Part shown: piece by piece, positions 58,101-64,000 of the stretch
Position numbering within the stretch: the first letter of the stretch is position 1
Layout: each line of letters starts with the position of its first letter
From: Paraspadella gotoi
Lineage: Eukaryota > Animalia > Chaetognatha
NCBI GenBank assembly: GCA_051294375.1
Contig: CM119263.1
Span: forward strand, 5,206,740 to 5,270,739
Direction of reading: 5' to 3'
Length of the DNA stretch: 64,000 nucleotides
The notes under the pieces: model-generated
The model's database searches: none
Seen by the model: only the letters and a program-made list of their open reading frames with translations
Told to the model about the DNA's origin: nothing
Position numbers and translations under genes: made by a program

Positions 58101-61043
58101 CATCTGTCGCATCATGGCGACGTCGTTCAAGCGTCGCTCCAACTCGGAACTATCGTTTCCGTAGAGGAAGAATCCGATGATGATGCCTCAAGAAAGAAAC
58201 AAAAGTTGAAGTTTAATTATTCATTATTTAGTATGAAATAAAAATGCGACGACACCTGCGACGTGTTCGTGGGGATCGTCCTCGAAGGCGTTGAGGACGC
58301 GGGTAATCTTGCGATGAACTTGATTCCTCATTCGAAGGAGATCGAATTCGGGTTTGTTTGCGTCGGCGACGTCGCTCAAGATCTTCGTCAGTTTCGGTCG
58401 AATTTCTTCCTCCTTTTCCGTCGGGACGTTGCTGGAGGCCGAAGGAAAAGGGTTTTGGGTTTTCACGCCTACTTTTCAACTAAATGACATTTTGATTAAA
58501 ACGTCTAGTTTTCTATATTGCATTTTGATTGACATACAGGGGATTCAGATTCAGATTGCCAGGACCTACATCCTTAGATGGCATTTTGATTACCCCGCCT
58601 ACTTTCTAAATGGCATTTAAAATATCCAAAGCCATAGCCTTTAAATTTTAAATTAAATAAATAGCGTTATCAAAATGGCGTCCGGAAAAGTAGGCAAAAA
58701 TATCAATGAAATTTTTTATATATGGATATATTGTGGCGGTATATTCACACCGCCTCACGTCCACCATCCTTCAGCCAAAATCCATTGGCTCAGAGGGGAA
58801 CACACCATCCCAAGCGTAGTGTTCCATCCACAGTCCTAACGACTTCCCTCTGTGTTGGCAAAGCGAGACCGTCCTAGGGTAACCGCGCCAGTGACTGGAG
58901 GCGTCACTGAGGGTCGGAAGCCCCCAAAGCCAACAGTGAGATGCCCCATCCCAATGGGCATCACAGGCAACCCGGCTGTTGCCATAAGTGGTGAGCCCTA
59001 CTCTCGAACACGCAACCTTCTCAGGGTACGCTACGACAAACGCCTATGCCCTGCGACTTTGGGTACGCTACGACAAACGCCTATGCCCCTGGGTACGCTA
59101 CGACAAATGCCTATGCCCCACAACTCGCGCTCTCTCTCTCTCTCCCACTATGGTAACAGTCTTGTCAGACACCTCTCAGGCTTGAAGAACCTGAGTGATG
59201 TCTTGGCCGGGGATCCTGTGGCGGTATATTCACACCGCCTCACGTCCACCATCCTTCAGCCAAAATCCATTGGCTCAGAGGGGGAACACACCATCCCAAG
59301 CGTAGTGTTCCATCCACAGTCCTAACGACTTCCCTCTGTGTTGGCAAAGCGAGACCGTCCTAGGGTAACCGCGCCAGTGACTGGAGGCGTCACTGAGGGT
59401 CGGAAGCCCCAAAGCCAACAGTGAGATGCCCCATCCAATGGGCATCACAGGCAACCCGGCTGTTGCCATAAGATAGCTTTAAATAACAGTATACTTAGCT
59501 ATATATCTAAGTATAGCTAAGTATTTAAGGACCCATTAGCTCCCTAACAATAGCATTTATTTCACTCTTCCGTTCACCTAAAATGAAGATAAACGACGCC
59601 TTCGCTGCTTTCGATGATGGAATAAGAAACGTGATTCGCCAGGGGAGGATGTTTCTCCACGAATTCCTGACCAAAACATTTATTCGCTTCAATTATAATT
59701 TTTTTAAAAAAATAAATAAAATTATATGATACCCTTTGCAATGGCGAGACGGCGGTGTCGGTCAAATACTCCAACAGAATATCAATGGCCGTCATTTCGT
59801 AGAGTTGAGTAGATTTAGGTCCTCTCCACGCCACGGTCACCTTCCAAGGCAAAAAGGGAAAGTTTATGTCCAACAAGTGGAATATGCAACAATAAATCAT
59901 AGACTCTCCTACTTGGACCTTTCCCATTTCCCCCTTCCCTACCATCCCGTGGTCCTCGTCGTCGGCGCCATAGTTGACGACCTTCTCGACGGGATCGATG
60001 AGCGGCGGAACCGGCGAGGTCCAGGGCCGCTCGAAAGGCGGCAACTTCCCCTTCGCCACCACTTTGTCTTCGAAGGGCGCGATAGCGGCGAAGACATCGG
60101 CCGGAGAGACTCGGCCGACAATGATGATGCAGAGGTTGTCGGGTCTGCGAGAGAGAAGATAAAGAAAGAGAGATAAGAAACAAGCCGATTGAACGTTTCG
60201 TAAATTCCAACACCAAAAACACGCAGCAACTGAAAGAAAAAACGAACGCGATAAATACCTGTAATAAGTTTTGTGATAATCCTTCACTTTCTGATGCGAC
60301 GTGCTCTCCCTGAGGTTTTTCAGGATCCCTCCCGTCTCGCTTTTGTAGCCGCAGCGGCCCGGGTACATCTCCCGCAGCATCTCGAGGTGAGTTCGTGACT
60401 CACCCGTGTTTTCGCGCGCTTGCATCTCGCAGTACACCACGCCGGCATCTTCGCCCTCTCCGTTGATGTGGTGCACCTAGAGGAGGATGATTGATTGAAT
60501 AATTAATTAATTATTTATTTCATCTTGACAAAAATCATTTGCACCTCCGTAACATAGGAGGAAGGAATGAGAGTCGGATAAAGAACGTGATCCAAATAAA
60601 TGGGAAGCAAATTCAAAAATCCTTCGCTTCCCGCGGTCGTCATCGTGTAGGAGGTGTTGTCGGTATCCGTCCAAGCGTTGGTTCCAGATGCCAGGCATCT
60701 GTTGGCCAGGAGATCCAGGACGCCTAAGAAATGAAATCAAAAGTGAGTGAAGACTTCTCTACGCATTTCCGAGAAAAGGCTTTTCATTTCCGAGAAAAGG
60801 GATCCATGAAAAGCGACCTTTGTAGGGATAATCCTCGCTGCCCATGAAGACCAAATGCTCGAGCGTGTGAGGGAGACCGTCATCATCGTGCGCCTCGGTC
60901 GAGAGACACAAATAACCGTTGACGATTGGACCGGGGACTTCGGCGACGACGACGCTAATTCGAGTCTTTGAAGATTTGTATTTTGAGACTTTGATGTGAT
61001 CGTCCAGAAGGAACTCGAAGTCTTGAACGAAATTCGACGGCAT
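55193..61043 (-). CDS. M16 (insulinase-like) zinc metallopeptidase of the C. elegans C05D11.1 type, many exons
   Basis: TEAHDDDGLPHTLEHLVFMGSEDYPYKG (HxxEH), GTNAWT, HHINGEGEDAGVVYCEMQ, YKSETGG, EGPMWRQIRGQGLAY. One apparent 1-nt frameshift at 57367-57372. Confidence 0.88.
58732..59470 (+). mobile_element. Complete TRIM-like miniature LTR retrotransposon (family C)
   Basis: Two near-identical ~255-bp direct LTRs (58732-58986, 59217-59470), PBS-like TGGTGAGCCC 2 nt after the 5' LTR, short G-rich tract before the 3' LTR, 230-bp non-coding interior, flanks ATAT/AGAT. Confidence 0.85.
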
Positions 61044-62191
61044 CGTCTGTCTCCGTCTCACACTCGTAGCATAGAAAGTTTTTTAAGAGACTACTCAGAC
61101 TAGCGAGGAGAAACAAAATCTAACCAATGAGGAAAAAGTTAATAATCACGGAGACGGAAAAAAGATTTCATTGGATATTTACAAATTAGGAGAAGGAATA
61201 TTATTACAATGTTCCCTCGAATGATATTAAAATGTGAACGTAAAACTCTATCCTTATAATATTGCGTTAAAAGAATCCAATGAAGATTTGACCAAACACC
61301 TGAAAAGCATACGAAAGGTGAATGACTGGTAGACAGTAAAGGTGATCGGTTCTAAGAGTAAAATAGGCTTATTAAAGTGCAATGTCTCACGTAATTTTAT
61401 AGCGATTACATATTGATTATTTGAAACACAAACGCTTTAAAAAGATTAAATGGAAATCAGCCTTTTTCCCGGCTACGGAGAAAAATCTTCGAAAATACAT
61501 AATTGTGAGTTAAGTGACCTTTAGTAAATTTTAATAGTTTACGCTAAATATTATTAAAAAGCACGATACGTGTTTTTTTAAATTGGTTTTCGGTTAGGAG
61601 ACCATGGTAAGAGAGCAAGGGTTTTGAAAGAATAAAAGACGATAATAAACTGGATATTTAACTAGGTATGCCAATTTGACAGATCACAATTTTTACCAAA
61701 AAATATTTTCAAAAAATGTAAAAAGGTAATGAATTTTTTTGTTTTAGTAGTAATCTTCACCATGTAAAACATAAATAATTCCGACTTGAAATAAATATTA
61801 TTAATAATATTTCACGATGAGTTTTAAAAGTACATCTAAACATATGATCTAACTGGCCTTCGCGTAAACCGATGTTAAATATAAGCTATAAATATTTGAC
61901 TCTTTACATTAGCCTAAAAAACTGGTTGACAGCGTTTGCAAAGTTAACGCAGAAAAAAAAACAATCCAGTTTTTTGAAAAAAAAGTTTTGAAGAAAATGA
62001 CACTGCACCCAATATCACAGCCTGCATTATCCACTGAAATGGGACAGAAAATGTTCGTTGTTTATATTTAATGTCCAAATAGTTTCTCACTCCTAGCCCT
62101 AAATGGTTCTAAAAATTCTAGATCTAAAAATTCGCAGTCAATGATACCCAACACTTAAAACATTCAACAGGAGAAATGAAAAGCGTGAGAA

Positions 62192-62826
62192 CTACAACTG
62201 AACTGTGCCATAATAATCGTCCTCGTCCTTGGCCTCTTGCAAGTACCAACTCTGCATCTTTGACGGCATCTTGGTAAGGATGAGGCTGCCGTCTGGATTC
62301 TTGAGTTCATCGTTGGCCGGCATGTGGCCCGTGTCCCCGAGTTCCCTGACGAAGACGAGGCCGTCGGGGCGGATGGAGAGCCACGTGATGCTTCCGTTGT
62401 GGAGACTCATACGCAGCCAGGCCTCGGGTGGCAGTTGCAGGGCGCGGCAGACGAAGTAGCGGATCACGTTGGCGTGGGTCACAACAACTTCGTACGAGTC
62501 GCTCTTCTGAATGGGGACGAAATGAAGGCGGTTAAAACGTCGGTTAAGAAAGAGAAACATTGAAACAAAATTTTCTCTTACCTGATTTAAATCGGCCCGA
62601 TGAAGGTATTTCCTGTAGGCGGCTTCAATTCTAGCGCCGTCCTCGTAAAACGACGACGACGACGACGACGACGAGTTGGCGCCGATGCTGAACTTTTGAT
62701 TAGAGACGAAGGACTCGGGAGCGCACTCGAGCAGCAGGTCGTCCTCGAGGGTCTCCATGTCGGGTAGATGTCCGCGGAGAATCGAGACGGACTGCTTGCA
62801 CCGCAAGGCACTAGAGTGGATGATCC
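62192..62826 (-). CDS. PGAM5: PGAM5 mitochondrial Ser/Thr phosphatase, last two exons; 5' exons not located in the window
   Basis: YEDGARIEAAYRKYLHRA, DSYEVVVTHANVIRYFVCRALQLPPEAWLRMSLHNGSIT, LGDTGHMP. Confidence 0.88.
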
Positions 62827-63399
62827 TAAGAAAAAGATTAATTTTGAAAGTCATCAAATTGGCTAGATAGGATAAATATTATATCATTTTTAGCAAAAAT
62901 GAATTTGAGATTCAACAACGATTTATTTATGAACGGACATGTTTCTGTTGGACTCAAATTCTTGAAGAATCACTGAAACTGTCAACGTCTCTCCTATTTG
63001 TGGCTTGTTTAATAAAGAATTGGTTTATACTCTAATTAATTTTAATTGATGATCATTACGTATTAATTTTATACAGATCACGTGATATTATTATAAAAGC
63101 CAGAGTCGGGGTTTTTATAAGAGTCATTTTTTAATAATTTTATAATAAGCCCGCTCTTGATCGCTTGATTAGTGCTAAATATAAGGTGATGCTCATGGCT
63201 GCTCGAATATGTGTTGCAGGTTATGAATCATTATATCAGAACTGTCTATGAACAACTGACAAACTTCAAGCCGATCTATGCCGTATCAAGGTAAGCCATC
63301 CTACAAAAATTACCGCTCATCATTTCGACTTTGTTTTCAAGTTTTCATCAGCGTTTTGAGAATAATATGAAATTTTTGTGCAAAAGAAGAGTGTGAGAG

Positions 63400-64000
63400 T
63401 GAGAAAGAAAAGGTGAAAGTTTTCAAACATAGTGGTGAGATAGGATAGTGGTCAGAGGTGAGGGCAGGCGTAAGGTAAGGACAGATTGAGTTAGTTTTTG
63501 AAAGTAAGTGAAAATGGTCAGAGAGAGAGAGAGAGAGAACATAAATGATAAATTTGTTCAATGTATAAGTGCTGGAGGCCTTAACCCACCAAAGCCTGTC
63601 CAAAGTCAGGGGCTTATTTATTAAATGATTGGATAATTTTTATACGGGTTGTACCAATTTCATAAAATTCAGCTCCTTGTATTTTGATGCTGGTCGGAGT
63701 ACAATATAGTATTCCCCGATCTAATACTTAAGGGAGAAGTCTTTTCATACAATTGAAACATTCTTTGAAATATTATACCACTTCATTGATAGGGAATCCA
63801 GGAACTCTGGGAGTGAATAAACGAGACTGTGAAAGAGTCTTGATTGAAAGCTTGCAGGGACCTGCTATGTCATTATCTTGTAAGAGTGATGGAGGCCTGA
63901 AACCAAAGCTTGTCCAAAGTCAAAGATAGCTTATTTATTAAATTAATGGATAATTTTTATATTGGTTGTACCAATTTCATAAGTTAAATATTAAAGTTGA
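63400..64000. repeat. Degenerate repeat region: ~95-bp direct repeat (63573-63665 / 63891-63982) and a possible LINE endonuclease remnant
   Basis: GGAGGCC...TGTCCAAAGTCA...GTTGTACCAATTTCATAA occurs twice; minus-strand translation TSDHYPI resembles the APE C-terminal SDH motif. Confidence 0.4.

Noticed and set aside
59024-59118. CRISPR-like 28-nt direct repeats
   Set aside because: Spacers are only 9 and 2 nt, the context is eukaryotic, no cas genes are present, and the repeats lie inside a TRIM.
58852-59469. ORFs within LTR copies (also 16712-17014, 23068-23304, 3926-4138)
   Set aside because: Chance frames across non-coding repeats; not preserved between copies.
63270-63295. Minus-strand LIRH resembling the PGAM5 catalytic motif
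   Set aside because: A stop follows within four codons and there is no supporting exon context; the real 5' exons are probably outside the window.

Overview
Eukaryotic, metazoan-type nuclear DNA with GC-rich exons and AT-rich, mostly short GT-AG introns; the species cannot be determined from sequence alone. All 22 protein-coding genes I can reconstruct lie head-to-tail on the minus strand. In transcription order they are PGAM5, an M16 peptidase, ATG5, two orphan paralogs, TANGO2, CPT2, an SP-RING protein, a third orphan paralog, OPA1, a multi-zinc-finger protein, ACADVL, cyclin E, an ADP-ribosylglycohydrolase-like gene, PRDX, TPMT, two SOD1 copies, PDSS1, WDFY2, NEIL1 and a mitochondrial-presequence ORF (possibly PDSS2). 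Several intergenic gaps are only about 115-290 bp, and unpaired 3' splice acceptors sit just upstream of many start codons. This suggests a very long eukaryotic operon or polycistronic array resolved by SL trans-splicing, enriched for mitochondrial and oxidative-stress functions. Introns and spacers carry three related families of ~240-260 bp highly structured LTRs (4-bp TSDs, tRNA-like A/B boxes, one complete TRIM-like element), a non-autonomous DIRS-like element with ITRs and an ICR, and nested TA-flanked MITEs. Three orphan genes share a MADS-like N-terminal fold. Gene names come from recognised protein motifs, not database searches; exon boundaries were read by eye.
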